The position numbers and the translations under genes are program-made. From contig BQFW01000006.1 of the NCBI GenBank assembly GCA_020891255.1, forward strand, positions 992,001 to 1,056,000: 64,000 nt of DNA, given 5' to 3'. The notes below the pieces were generated by a model that worked only from the letters and a program-made list of their open reading frames with translations, did no database searches and was not told the DNA's origin. Numbering within the stretch: the stretch's first letter is position 1; each line of letters opens with the position of its first letter. Below are positions 1 to 11,795 of the stretch, piece by piece. Source of the stretch: Entomortierella parvispora E1425. Its lineage: Eukaryota; Fungi; Mortierellomycota.

Positions 1-1411
1 GCACCCGTCCCTCGGATCGAGGAGGAGGTGCCGGCAGTGGTGGTAAGGGCAGGTTGACAGTGTTGGGCGCAATGGGCAACATCGACCCCAGGTCAACAAG
101 CGTCGAGAGATCGCCCGAGTGAACCATTAACTGAGGGCGAATCTCTGGGGAGCGAGACAGCGACACTCTGGGCGTGGAGCTGCCGGAGTTTGGCGAGTGT
201 GGTGCGGGGGAGAGCGGGTGGACAGCGCGTTCCTTGATGCGAACAGTGGGCCGGGCGACAGGAGGCGAAACGAGTCCTGGATAGATTCCCTGGTCCTTGT
301 TTCCCATGGGATCTAGAGAAAGCAGAAGAGGAAACGACTCATTTGTTAGCAGCATAAAGAGGAGGCAGCGTGGATCCTTTTGCGATTATCTACACTCACC
401 AGCCATGCTGAACATGGGATGCACCGTGCCTGTCCAAAGTGATGCAGAGGGTGAAAGCGGAGGTTCCTCCTGACCCTGACCCTGACCCTGACCCTTGCCC
501 TTGCCATGATCCTGCAGCTTCAACGGCGGCCGGGCAGCGCGGTCGTTGTCGTCCGACTCCAGCTCGACATGGCCCGCGATATGGTGGTCATAGTCGATCT
601 GCCATTGCTGCTGAGCATCCTCTGCACTGTCCTGGTCGCTTTCAGCGTGATGACCGTCGCCCTCCGAGTCGCTGGTCTGGTCCTGGACCTGGCCCACAGA
701 CTTTATCCAGTGGCGAGCATGGTCTGCGGCCGGGGACCCAAAGACGGGGGAATGACCGTTGCTCTCGCTTCCGCTCCTGTGGCTGTGGTGATGGGGACTT
801 AGATATTGACGTGGTTTTACTTCCTTGGAATGCAAATGGCGGTGACCCCGACCATGGAACACCGCGGGTCCTGGTGTCGCCACGGGTTGCTTTTTGAGCA
901 ATGCTTGGAAGCTGCGTTCGATCTCTGAGGTATTGAACTGGGTCCGATGGTCAGCCATGGCGCTGCTACTTCCATTACTGCCACCGCTGTTTCGTGGGCT
1001 TGATTGAGTTGGAGGGAAAGGCGGAAGAGACGAAGGGAGGGTTGCGGGTGCTCCTCCTATTGCCGTTGTTGTTGCTGATGCTATTGCTGTGGGCGTGGTT
1101 GTTGTTGTGTCTGCGGCAGTGCCTTGAGCTGTGGAGAGAACGTTGGAGAAGGACACGGCCCTTGACAGGGCGGACTGGACAGGGGTCGAGGAGCGATGTG
1201 CAGTCGTGGGTTGCTGTGGTGACGATGGGGGTGGGCCAAAAGTGAGCTGTGATGGCGACTGGGGCAACGGTGCAGAGTGGTAGTGATGCTGTGGCGACAG
1301 GGGATGGGCATGGGCATGGGAATAGGTGCGCGATGGGGTCGCGGTGATGGAAAGGGAAGACCGAGGCTGAGGGGTGGAGGGCCGGGAGGAATCCTTTGGC
1401 GTGGTCGACAT
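1..1411 (-). CDS. Hypothetical protein, 5' part only (long S/P/H/T-rich disordered N-terminus); continues off the left edge
   Basis: Likely start MSTTPKDS at 1411, inside ORF 386..1606 whose upstream part is a translated CT-rich tract. GTGAGT donor near 399 and TAG acceptor near 313 join to an open frame (DPMGNKDQGIYPG...RSEGRV) running to base 1. No recognisable domain within the window. Confidence 0.7.
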
Positions 1412-2419
1412 GGAGAGGATGGAGAGGAAGAGAGGGAGGAAGGGAGGGAGGAAGGAAGGAGGAAGGGAGGAAGGCGGAGAGAGGGAAGAGAGAGAGAGAG
1501 ACAGGAAACAAAGCGACAAAGCAATGAAAGAAATGAAGGGAAAGAATAGAAATGAGGAGAGGAAAAGAGGAAAAGAGGAGAAGGAGGGAAGGAAGGACAG
1601 ACCCAAAAAAGAACAGAAACGAAACGGCGGGAAAAGAAGGTCTCTGCCTTCATTTCATTTGAATTTATTGTGACTATCAGGTTGAAATGACCAAGAGAAA
1701 ATTTATTAATATGGCGCTCAGTTGTAATTGACGAGACAGAAAGCAGATTTGACCTGAGAATACTTACATAAGTTGAGAGAGAACTCAATTCCTGACATGG
1801 GATCGACTCGCGATACATGTGGAAGGTTTTGATCCAGACCTATGGTGCTGGTGTTCGTTTGGGGGTGCGACCAAAGAATGGTGCCTGTTCGCAAAAAACA
1901 TACGCAAAAGATGTTCGCAAGTCTAAAGTGTGGCGGGTGGGGGTGGAAGTTAGCTTTGGATCATCATGTGCCCATCCAAGGATCAGTGTTGATCAAACTC
2001 TCTCAAACGAACATGCAAACTGCAAATGGACTCGTGTTCGCAAGGAGAGACCGCATCACGCAGGTCTCTGATGGAGTCTAGATGACGACAGTATGAGAAG
2101 TGAACGTTGAGTGACCTTCTCCATAGCATCGATACAAAAAAAGCGAGGGCACTGCCTTTGTCCTCTATAGCTTTTACACCAACCTGAGGGTTATATAAGG
2201 AAGCAAAGAACGATCGTTCACGAGACGACCAAAGTCAGTATGGATGCTCTGGTACAAAAAGAAACTACCAGCAAGCTTCTGGCTGAACGTTGCAAACTTC
2301 TAAAGAGAGCGGAACATGTACCTACCTCCTCATCCTCCTCTCCTCTCGTCAACCTCTTGCGGATCTGGTTGGGTGTAGGTTCTTGTGTATATATGGGTTT
2401 AAGTGTGGTTGTTGTTGTT

Positions 2420-2444
2420 GGGGGGGGGGGGGGGGGAGGGGGGG
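2420..2444. repeat. Poly-G tract (G17-A-G7), potential G-quadruplex
   Basis: Directly visible in the sequence. Confidence 0.85.
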
Positions 2445-2600
2445 AAGAGAAAGATGGGTGAGCGGTGAGTTGAGTAAGAAAGAAAGGAAAGCAAGCAGGC
2501 AGTTTTCATGATTGATCGTAGTGACTGCTCAATGTGTTGTATTTTATTTCATTTCTCTTTTTGTGGAAAATAAATTACATTAATAACTTACTCGTACTAT

Positions 2601-4424
2601 CTATCTTTGCACGCTCAACTGCGCGTCGCGAAGATCCATCAGGTCCTTCGCGTAAAAGTAGAGCGCATCGCTCTTTTTCGGAATGGGATGCATGTCTGCG
2701 CTCATGTTCCGCAGCTTGGGAAAGGACCGCACTATCCACGCTAAATCACTCTCGCGAAACTCTTGTCCTGACCGCGTGTAGTATATCCACCGGATCTCAC
2801 GCGCACGATACAAAGCGGCCAACCCCCTATTCAACCGCAACTCTAGTGCGTTCACTCCAGAGCTCGCTAAACCGTTCTTCTTATCTGAATATGGTGGCGC
2901 CTTGCTGTGGTCGTGACTTGCAATGCCAAAAACACAAAGTCGCCTAAACTGCCCGAGTCGCTCAAAGATTTGGAATTGTCTCCAGTGCCGCTGGTTGGCC
3001 TCTAGTGTATTGGAGGCATTGGAAACCATGCTGACGGGTCGAGCAAAAGGAGATTTCTTCTTGCGAAACAACAATTGAAGCAGAGGTCTCCTTATCGTAT
3101 CTCCTCGGCGATTCACATAGATCGGGATCATCCAGGTTGTCAGATTCCTGCAGACCCATTCTCGCCCTTTGATGGGATCATGATCCGGTCCGTCTTTGGG
3201 GGTCGTGATGTCCTCTTCACAGATCATGTCTCCACCCACATGCTCAAGATTGGGACAGGAGCACAGAATCCCGTGCAGCATGGCGCTGGACACCTCAGAG
3301 CATGTCGTGAAATCCAGACGCACCAACGTCAAGGCATGTTGATCCATCAATAGCTGGTACCCCACAGGGCCCAGTGTTCCTAATCCAATCACGAATTCCT
3401 TCAGTTTTGACGAGACTGACGTCAAAATTGTGTCTGCATTGCACTTTCGGTGATGAACATTAACGGACAAAAGTCGAGACCAAACGACGGACGCCCGAGG
3501 GTGCGTTTCCGACAAGGGGGGTGAAAAGTCGACAGCAGAGGGATGCTGATCGGCGACAGACTGGCATGCCCATTGAAGCACGTCTTCCGACCTGTGGCTA
3601 ATAACTTTTCCAAGGTTCTCGCTTTGTGCCACCATTTCAGCCAATCGCCACTTTGCCAGTTCATCGCACTTGACATCTTCCAAGATCAACTCTTGAAGCT
3701 CACGTCGCGGTCGGTCAATGTCCGCTCCTGATAGCGACGGACGACTAGAGGGGCCCCACAAGTGTATACTGCTGATTTTCAGCTTTTTCAGTTGCCGTTT
3801 ATCACAAATCTCCCAGAAAGCATCCAAGGCCTCCATCTTTGCCATACACAAATAAGCAATGCTGAATTCCTGCAGGTGCTCCAAATCTCGTATTGTACGC
3901 CAAGCCCTGCACTGTCTGGCCACCTCGTGCCCACTGACCCGGCTTGGCAGGGTGAAGCCCTCCAAATTAAGACGTCGCAGGCTATTTCGGTGGCGCAAGA
4001 TCAATTGAGAGGGTATGCCACCCAAGTCTTCTGTGAAGGAAGTAAGAGTTGGGTCGTTGATCTGGCCGGTAAAATAATAGGGGATGCCTATTCCGCTATA
4101 CATCCTCACTCTGCCGATCAGGCGTAATTCCGCCAGCTGAGGCAAGACCAAGGATTCAGAGTATTCGATCCAGAATGGATCGTTCAAGGTCAACGTCCTA
4201 ACCCATTCCGCATTCGCCTGAAGGACTGTCAAGGGTGGCATCGATTTGTGTTTCGGAGGATTCGTCTGTGAGAGCTTCAAGGTAACTGAGCGGTAGAGCG
4301 TTGGACCAAAAGCGCGGTAAAAAGTCTTTGAAACGAGTAGGCAGGACGCGAGGTCGACCTTGTGCTCGACATGGGCCGCAATGAGCTCAATGACATCGAG
4401 AATCTCGAAGAGACGGTGCGACAT
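2601..4424 (-). CDS. F-box/leucine-rich-repeat protein (607 aa, single exon)
   Basis: N-terminal F-box-like segment (LFEILDVIELIAAHV...DLASCLLVSKTF), LxxLxL repeats, and a C-terminal W.C..L / FERLGQFRRL / LELRL..GL block typical of expanded F-box-LRR families in early-diverging fungi. Confidence 0.8.
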   Translation of the reverse strand: MSHRLFEILDVIELIAAHVEHKVDLASCLLVSKTFYRAFGPTLYRSVTLKLSQTNPPKHKSMPPLTVLQANAEWVRTLTLNDPFWIEYSESLVLPQLAELRLIGRVRMYSGIGIPYYFTGQINDPTLTSFTEDLGGIPSQLILRHRNSLRRLNLEGFTLPSRVSGHEVARQCRAWRTIRDLEHLQEFSIAYLCMAKMEALDAFWEICDKRQLKKLKISSIHLWGPSSRPSLSGADIDRPRRELQELILEDVKCDELAKWRLAEMVAQSENLGKVISHRSEDVLQWACQSVADQHPSAVDFSPPLSETHPRASVVWSRLLSVNVHHRKCNADTILTSVSSKLKEFVIGLGTLGPVGYQLLMDQHALTLVRLDFTTCSEVSSAMLHGILCSCPNLEHVGGDMICEEDITTPKDGPDHDPIKGREWVCRNLTTWMIPIYVNRRGDTIRRPLLQLLFRKKKSPFARPVSMVSNASNTLEANQRHWRQFQIFERLGQFRRLCVFGIASHDHSKAPPYSDKKNGLASSGVNALELRLNRGLAALYRAREIRWIYYTRSGQEFRESDLAWIVRSFPKLRNMSADMHPIPKKSDALYFYAKDLMDLRDAQLSVQR

Positions 4425-4604
4425 TGTCTTTTCTAGATGTGAATGGGATTGAACATGTAAGAAGTCGAAGAATGATGAGCGATTAGAAGGGATTCAGGAA
4501 CACAGTCTGAGCAATTTCAAACGGATAGAGCCGCAGCCAGGTCGGTCACACAGAACCATCGCTTTATTATTGTTATTACTGGCGATCTATACTAGGAGCC
4601 ACGC

Positions 4605-7600
4605 TCAGCACTCGCGCTCATGTGGCTCCAGATACGCGATGTTCAGGTAGTCAAATACCTCCTTCTCTGTGCGGCCGGCCACCCATTGACCTTTAAAGAT
4701 TTTGTTCCGCTTCTGGTCCCGAATCACGTTCACGAAGAGACCCTTGTCAGAGAGACTCATTCCACGCTTCTGGGCCAGCAGTCGCATGGACCGGTTACAA
4801 ATGTCGTTGCCGGTAAAGTAGAGGAGAACCGCTCCATGGTGCTCATGCGGAACGACCAAGATGTCGATATGACGGAATGGATACGGGGTACTGCTGCCAG
4901 CTTCGGTCGGGAGACGACACACGCCCATGTACTTGAAGTGCTTGGGAGTGTTGGCCATGCTTTCGTCGTAGCTGGGTTTCGATAAATGATCGACCAGAAA
5001 CTCCTGCTGGATGAGATCCGTGAGAATATGTTCCATGATCAAGAAGAGTTCATCGCCATTGTTGATATTTGGTCGAGTAACCACGATGTCCACATCGCCA
5101 CAATCCTTCTGCCCTCGTCGATAAGATCCAGTGACTTGAACGTCAATGTCCGGGTGAAGTCTTTGTGCAGACTCCCTGACAACCATGCCAATCTTTTCCA
5201 CTTCGGTTCTGGGGATTCGTTTTTGAAGATCCTATTCGTACAGGGGAAAGAGCACAGTCGCGTTAAAATAGGATAGTCAATACCCCAGAAAAAAAAAGAG
5301 GATATAAAAACGAGGAATGGGACTTACATCATAGTACATGAGTCCAGATATTTGATTCTGGTTCAAATTGGGGAGTTTCCGTACATCGTCCAGTGTTCGC
5401 AGGCCTTGGTTGTACCACTCCGTGGCCTTCTCTGACCCGACACCATAGATTCCCTTGAAGAGGGTTTCGACGGACTTTCGGTCAACGTCCCAGTTCAAGT
5501 GGTCCAGCTTCTTGATACGGCCGAATGAGATGCACTCGCCAATCTTTTGTGCCAGCTTCTTGCCTACTCGAGGAACTTTGAGGGCCATCTCCTCGGAAGT
5601 GATTTCATAGTCCAGTGCACGGATGGCCGTGATGGCCTTTCTGTAATTGATAACTTTGAACTGCTCCTTGGATCCCGCAGTCTTGTGCTCATCATAGTAA
5701 TCCAAGAGAACTTTGAGCTATCGTTTGGATTAAAATGTCAATAGAAGAACTTTGTTAAAAAGTAGAAAAAGAAAAAAAGAATTATACATGATGCCTCCAT
5801 ACGTACCTGCTCCAGAATGGCCTTATTATGTGTAGGTTCTGGCCTCTTCCCAAAGAAACGACGCTTGCCCTAGAGTGAATAGAAAAGAATTCAGTAAGAA
5901 TCACAAAATGCAACATGAAGAAACCTTGGGTGAAGGGAGTTACTACCTCTGATTTCCCAGAGCTGATGATTTGAAGCAGAACGTCGTCCTTTCCCTTTTC
6001 CGACTGAGCAGCAGCTTCTGGTTTTTTCGTTTCCGAGTTCTTGGCTGGCGGATGCTCTGTTTCTTCCTCTTCTATCTCGGACGGCTCGGGCTCCTAACAA
6101 AATCGGTTTAAAATCACAACGAAACACCGATGGTTCGTTTGTAAATGCTTCTTTTTTTTGTCCGGCCCCAATATCATTCATACTGGGCTGTTGGGGTAGT
6201 ATCAAGACCCTTACCTCGAGTGACCCTTCCTGTATGGCCAACATGATCTCGTCAAACTCATTCTGCTCTTTCGTGTTCTTTTTGGGTGCTTCGCTCGAGG
6301 AAGAAGCTGCCGCGACTTTTCCAGTCTCCCGAGTTGTCTTCTTGGCTGGTGCCTCTCTTGGGGGTGTGGCGGATGTGGGGGAGTCCTTGGTAACTGGAAT
6401 TACTATCTCTGGCCGCTTGATCGAGTACTTGGATGGGTCCATGGGTTTATGAAACTGAATCAACCCCAAATACAATCGAGCATCGAGTAATTGCATAAGT
6501 AATGAGTCGCAGTCATCTCAAACTAGAGCAACAATATAAAGTTCCATACCAGAATTGTGTCTTGGAGCCACGTAGAGTTTACAATAGCGATACTAGGCTG
6601 ATAGATCCAGGCAGCAAGTGCTTTCCAGATTAAGTTTTGAACGTCTTTTGTCATTACCACGAGCACGACAAAAAAGGGGGAATTGGGCATACCTTGATCG
6701 TGTCAACTTTTAAAAGTTTCTTAATCGTGTCGATATTTGACAAGGCAGTGACGATATGGGTCGTGATGTCCTGATTCAAAGGTGGCATGCTCTCCTGAAC
6801 GGTCTGATGAATTGACATAATTTTGGTCGGCGCACCTAACCACTGGCCCTTCATTTGGCGGACTCTATCTCGCGAAAGGTCATAGACGACCTTGTCCATT
6901 CCCACTGGTATGGCATATATCCGCACACCATTCAATGGTCCTTCCAGGGGCGGTGATTTCTGCCGGGGTTTAGCGCTAGATGCCACTGCACTGGACGTTG
7001 CTGCCCCTGACTCTTTCTGTTCGTCCTCTGTGTCAGAATCCAGATTAATGACCGATTTTCCTCCCTGTGCCGGTGGATTCTCCGCAAGCACAAGTTGGGG
7101 CAACTGCCGGGGTTTAATGAGGTCTTTGGAGGATGAGGTTTTGCTAAGTGGTCGTTTCCGTGAAGCCAACGATCCCACGACTGTTTGAATCGGCTCCTTC
7201 CCCTTCTTAGGTTTGCCCCGAGTGAGTGCAGCGCTAGCGTCTGAAGAGGCCTGATGCGAGGATGAGGCTGCTGCTGTAGCTGTAGCTGTCCGGCTATTTG
7301 ATACGTCCAGAGACGCCTTTCTGCCACCTTTGGCAGCGTGATTTCCAGCAGCGGTGGCATTCTTTTGACTACGCAGTTCATCCTCAATCATTCCTGTCAT
7401 GGCACGGTGTAGACCCTTGATATCCCTGGCTCCAGGACTTGTCGCGATTCGTTCCTGACTCCGAAGTTCATGTTCAATCATGCCACTCATGGCGCGATGT
7501 AAATCCTTGTCCGAGCTCGCCCGCTTCTTTCTCAGGCGGATCAAATTCGACGAGGAGCCTTCAGAGTCTGAAAGAAGATCGACTTTGTCTCCTGCATCTC

Positions 7601-9077
7601 TGTCGCGTTTAGGGAGTGCAGTTGTCGAGGCACTTTTGGTGAAAGATGTATTCTTCATTGCAGATAACTCCACAGGAGGTGGACCTGATCTAGAAGTCGC
7701 GACCGAACCAGGGACCTGCTTAGCCACGCTCACGTCAGAGGTGGGAGGGGTGGAAGAGGGAAGAGACGCACTGGATGTCTCTGGAACTATCGGTGAGGCC
7801 GATGGGGGTGTAGGCGATTTGGGAGGGTCTGCCAGGACAGCGGCCTTTAGCTGAGGACTCTTGAACACTGGTGATTGAATAATCGGTGAATCGTGTTGTT
7901 GAAGGTGAGAGGAGGCAGAAGTGTCATCCTTTGAGATGGTAAAACTTGTTGAAGGTGAGGAAGTGGGCGGCGTCACTTGGCGATAGCTTGTGTCTGGTGA
8001 GAATTCAAGGGGGTAGTAGTCACTGGAAGTCGATCTGTCTGCCTCGTCACTGCCTCCTTTATGGTCGTAGGGAGGGGACTCTGGCCGGAAACTGGAGGGG
8101 AGTTTTGACAAGGGCGATTCACTTATCCTGTCTGTTGAACCAGCCACTTCTGGGGAACAAACCGAATCCTCTTCTATCCGTGGCCCCTCTGCTGCGATTG
8201 ACACGCCATCTCTCTCCTGGAATGGCGTTCGCCTGCTAATGACAGTGGTATGTAGCGGTGATTGGGACAGCACCCTGTCGTTCAAGTCGCCCGATTCAGA
8301 AAAGTGTTGAGGGGATCCTGGCGGAATGTTGGGAGGATGACTTGTTCTCCGAGAAGTAACTGCCTTGCCTTTCCCGCCAGGTAGTTCAGGGTCGTGTTGG
8401 TAATAGGTTGCATCAAATTCGAGAGGATTCTGTACATTTAAAGATGAACCTTCTCCCTTGTCAGGACTGGTCTGGCGGATCGATCTCAGATCTGCAGTCG
8501 TTGGAGACTGAGGCAGTGCAGATGTTCCACTCTGAAATGGCATAATCACACTGCTCGTATCTGAGGGAGATGTGGTGAGTCGAGGCGTGGTTGTGATTGC
8601 CGGTGTCGTCGTCATTGGCTCCAGAATGTTGCCTTTCCGCCACCATGGGTCAAAGCCTTGATGTTCGGTAGTGAATGGGAGGGGCATAAGGGCCGGGGGT
8701 ACCACCACGCTAGCCACATCCTGTATCCGTGCCTCTGTGGTCTTTGGAAGAACGCGCCTTTTTTTGCCTGTGGAGGAGACATTGATCTGTGGTCCTTGCA
8801 AGAGCTCTTCCGGGATACGGCCCTGATCTTCCTCTGCGAGGCTTCTCTCCAGAGCCTCAAGGCGCGCGTTGTAGTCGATCGTAGAGGACGGCATGAAAGA
8901 GGTGGGAAGAGAAGGGGTATATGCGATCGGCTCTGGATCCACCTGCAAAGAATTCGTTGAATTCTGATTGACACCTAGGTCACTAGCAGCTATGGCGGAT
9001 CGATGGGGGTTGGGCTGTATGGGAGGTGAAGGTGGAGGCGAGTGGGCAGCCCGCTTGCCTCTGCCCTTGTCTGCCAT
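4605..9077 (-). CDS. POL4: DNA polymerase X family (Pol lambda/Pol4-like) with BRCT domain and a very long N-terminal disordered region; multi-exon
   Basis: Palm motifs GSYRRGQKDCGDVDIVVT, HIDILVVP and YFTGN; thumb LSDKGL...YLEPHER; 8-kDa lyase/HhH segment YRKAITAI...VPRVGKKLAQKI; BRCT-like segment ending IVNSTWLQD. Start MADKGRG at 9077. GT-AG introns link ORFs 6654..9245, 5891..6496, 5277..5705 and 4605..5201. Confidence 0.93.
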
Positions 9078-9455
9078 GGTATGGAAAGAGCGTAAAGAAT
9101 GAGAATGAGCAATGAATGCGAATGACTGCACGAGTGTGGAGATGAAGCAACAAGGAGCAGGCGAAATCAGCGCGGAATGCAGGGTATTGATGGCTTGCAG
9201 GTGCAAGGATGGGGATGAATCAGTGGCACACTGACATGCAAGCAAGCATGGCCATCAGAGCGAATGTGTTGTTGCTGTGGAGAAAAAAGAAAAAACGGGC
9301 TGTAAAGAGCGGCAACAGGTGGCAAATAAGAGAGACATGCAGATTGGTGGCAACGGGCTCGTGTTTCTTTCGGTGTATTTCGCTGTTATTTCGGTGTATG
9401 GTCGTGTATGATACAATGGTTTCCTTTTCCTCTGCTTCTTTGCTTGGCCTGGCCT

Positions 9456-10483
9456 CTACACAAGCGAGTCGGCATCCCGTCGGTCGGGACTGCTAGCAGT
9501 CAAAGGAGCCGTCGGTCCTAGATCCTCGTCCTCGTCCGTCTCTTCATCCATATCAAACACGACGCTCTTCTTGGAGGGGCTCTTGGACGGACTGTTGAGA
9601 GATGACTTTACAGGTGATCCCTTTCGCGGACTCTGCGTTTGTATGGGTGTTCCTGCTAGGTGCGAAGAATGTCCCTCATCTTCGTCATCATCCTCCAAAA
9701 CATAAACATCTTCCAGCTGGGATACTGGCTTCCCTGCATCGGCTGTCCGTGAAGTGTCCTCAGAGCTGATGTTGGCCTCACGAGCATGTCCGTCCTCCAA
9801 GTCCACCATCGCCAATCCAACATATCCGTTTGAACCAGGCCGAGCTCCAGATGTCGCTCTGCGATTGCTTGATGTAAAGCCACCACCATCCATGGGAGTA
9901 CTGGCTGCTGACTGGTCTTCGTAAACGGCTCCTGTAAGTACTGCCTCGTCGTAAGCAACCTTCCATCCCAAAAACAACAATCGCAATAGAACCAGCAAAA
10001 ACGGTCCGTTGTAGAGAAGAACGTCGACAATGATCTCCAAAGGAATCAGGATCTGCTTTGTTTCCCGGTGGATGTTGCACAACTCCAGAAGCATATAGTG
10101 AACTGGGACGTAAAGGATGCAAAGGTACCACTACAAACCAAGGTAGAAAATCGTTCAGCCAAGTCTCCGAGGTAGGTCTATCGCTTGTGTCAAAAACCTT
10201 GCTGTCTTACCTTGTGCGCCCACAGGTCCCTTGGAAACTTGCCAAAGAAAACCACTCCGCTTTGCGCTGGACGCGTTACAACGTGAAATAAAAAGATCAT
10301 GGCGATCGCATACCAGATTTGACTCGTGGTCCAGCGCAGAATGTTGGATGCCCAGTCAAAGTAGAGGGAAGGGTCCTTCCATCCACGGAGCATATATAAA
10401 ACGTTGGCAAAAAGTGTAAGCACTGTTGCCGCAATGCAAACAAGCCCCATGAACCGATAGTTTTGAGCCACAGGCGCTGGCAA
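9456..10483 (-). CDS. Hypothetical membrane protein (about 4 hydrophobic segments, acidic S/P-rich C-tail); 2 exons
   Basis: ORF 10190..10483 is spliced (GTAAGA near 10209, TAG near 10131) in frame to WYLCILYVPVHYMLLEL..., which is ORF 9456..10094. Confidence 0.75.
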
Positions 10484-11057
10484 CAGGGCTACATTGGAAG
10501 AATTTTTTATCTGTTAATCACGCGTGCCTCAACTCTTCTATTTCGACAGCCCCGCGAGCGGTGGACGCCAATAACTCCTCATGTACCTTTTGCAATGGAT
10601 TCATTGGTGATGTGCATTCGATTGCTATCCGGGCCAGCAATAAAATGAGATTGAGGTCAGATCAATTCATCCACACGCTCAACACCACAGGGGAGTATTG
10701 AGACGCACATACACACATACCTTTTTCTCCGACAGTAGATAAAGAGGCCCACCATGACAACAATATCGAATAGAGGACCAAGGACAGCCGATATCTAGCG
10801 TTTCAACAATGGTTTGCATTAATGTTGAGAGGGCCATCCCAAATTGTTTTTTCCCTCAAAACAGAAAAGGGGGCATGCATGTCCACCTGTTGTAGGGGGA
10901 TTCAAAGATGGTATGTGGTGCGAACTAGTTGATGGCAAGGATTATCGGATTGTAGTCTTACCGAACACCCTGCGACGCGCGCGCAAGAGTAAAATAGGAT
11001 AAAGAAATAAAGGGTGGTCATGCGTTAGTGGCCATACATCTCTTCTGAACAAGGGGA

Positions 11058-11294
11058 TCATGAGAGAGCAGGATTAATATCCAGTGGCCTCATACAGACA
11101 ACGTAGCCCGCAATCTCCCAGCGACCCATTCGCATGCGGAGCAGGACCTGGTTTTCCATGATTAGCACTCCGACGCCGAGTAAGGTCGAGACGAGTCTTG
11201 CATAAGACCTCCAATCATTGAAGAAGGGCTGCAAGAAGGTGATGACTGCATGAATGTGTTTGGACCAGTCGTCGTATGGAGTGTTGTTGTCCAT
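11058..11294 (-). CDS. Possible small protein (78 aa) with one hydrophobic segment
   Basis: GCCATGG start context and protein-like composition (MDNNTPYDDWSKHIHAVITFLQPFFNDWRSY...). No homology recognised. Confidence 0.3.
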   Translation of the reverse strand: MDNNTPYDDWSKHIHAVITFLQPFFNDWRSYARLVSTLLGVGVLIMENQVLLRMRMGRWEIAGYVVCMRPLDINPALS

Positions 11295-11681
11295 GGCGTA
11301 GAATGTCGCAAGGAATCAATTGGCAAACACAATGAACGAGAAGGGAATGCGCAGAGAAGACCAAAGGACTGAGAATCAAATGAACGCGTGAAGTATCGTC
11401 CGTGGACGGTTAGACAAGGAGGTGAAAGGGCAGAGCGGACAACGTGAACAGTTGGAGTGATGGAAAGCGAGTAGGAAGAAAAGGAAAAGAAGGACAGCCC
11501 AGCCATGCGAACGCATGCCCATGCCCATGCGCAAGCGTGACTGCTTGTCGCCACGTTTGCTCAAACTGCGCGCTCTTTGCCCAGCAATGAAGTTTCTCTG
11601 TCGCTGGTGCAGTTCTGTGCACTGAAGAACATTGAAGAGATGTAATGAAGTTTATTAGGTGCGGCGTGATAAGAGAGTTGG

Positions 11682-11683
<2 letters not shown>

Positions 11684-11772
<89 letters not shown>
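11684..11772. repeat. (GA)n microsatellite, about 44 units, in the 3' flank of the secreted-protein gene
   Basis: Perfect dinucleotide run, directly visible. Confidence 0.98.
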
Positions 11773-11776
<4 letters not shown>

Positions 11777-11795
11777 GGTAAAGATGCAGTCTTTT

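Noticed and set aside
1412-1606. Hydrophobic N-terminal extension of ORF 386..1606 (similar extensions occur at 44885-45058 and 48242-48787)
   Set aside because: Translated CT-rich 5' leader or promoter DNA; downstream ATGs with better context mark the likely starts.
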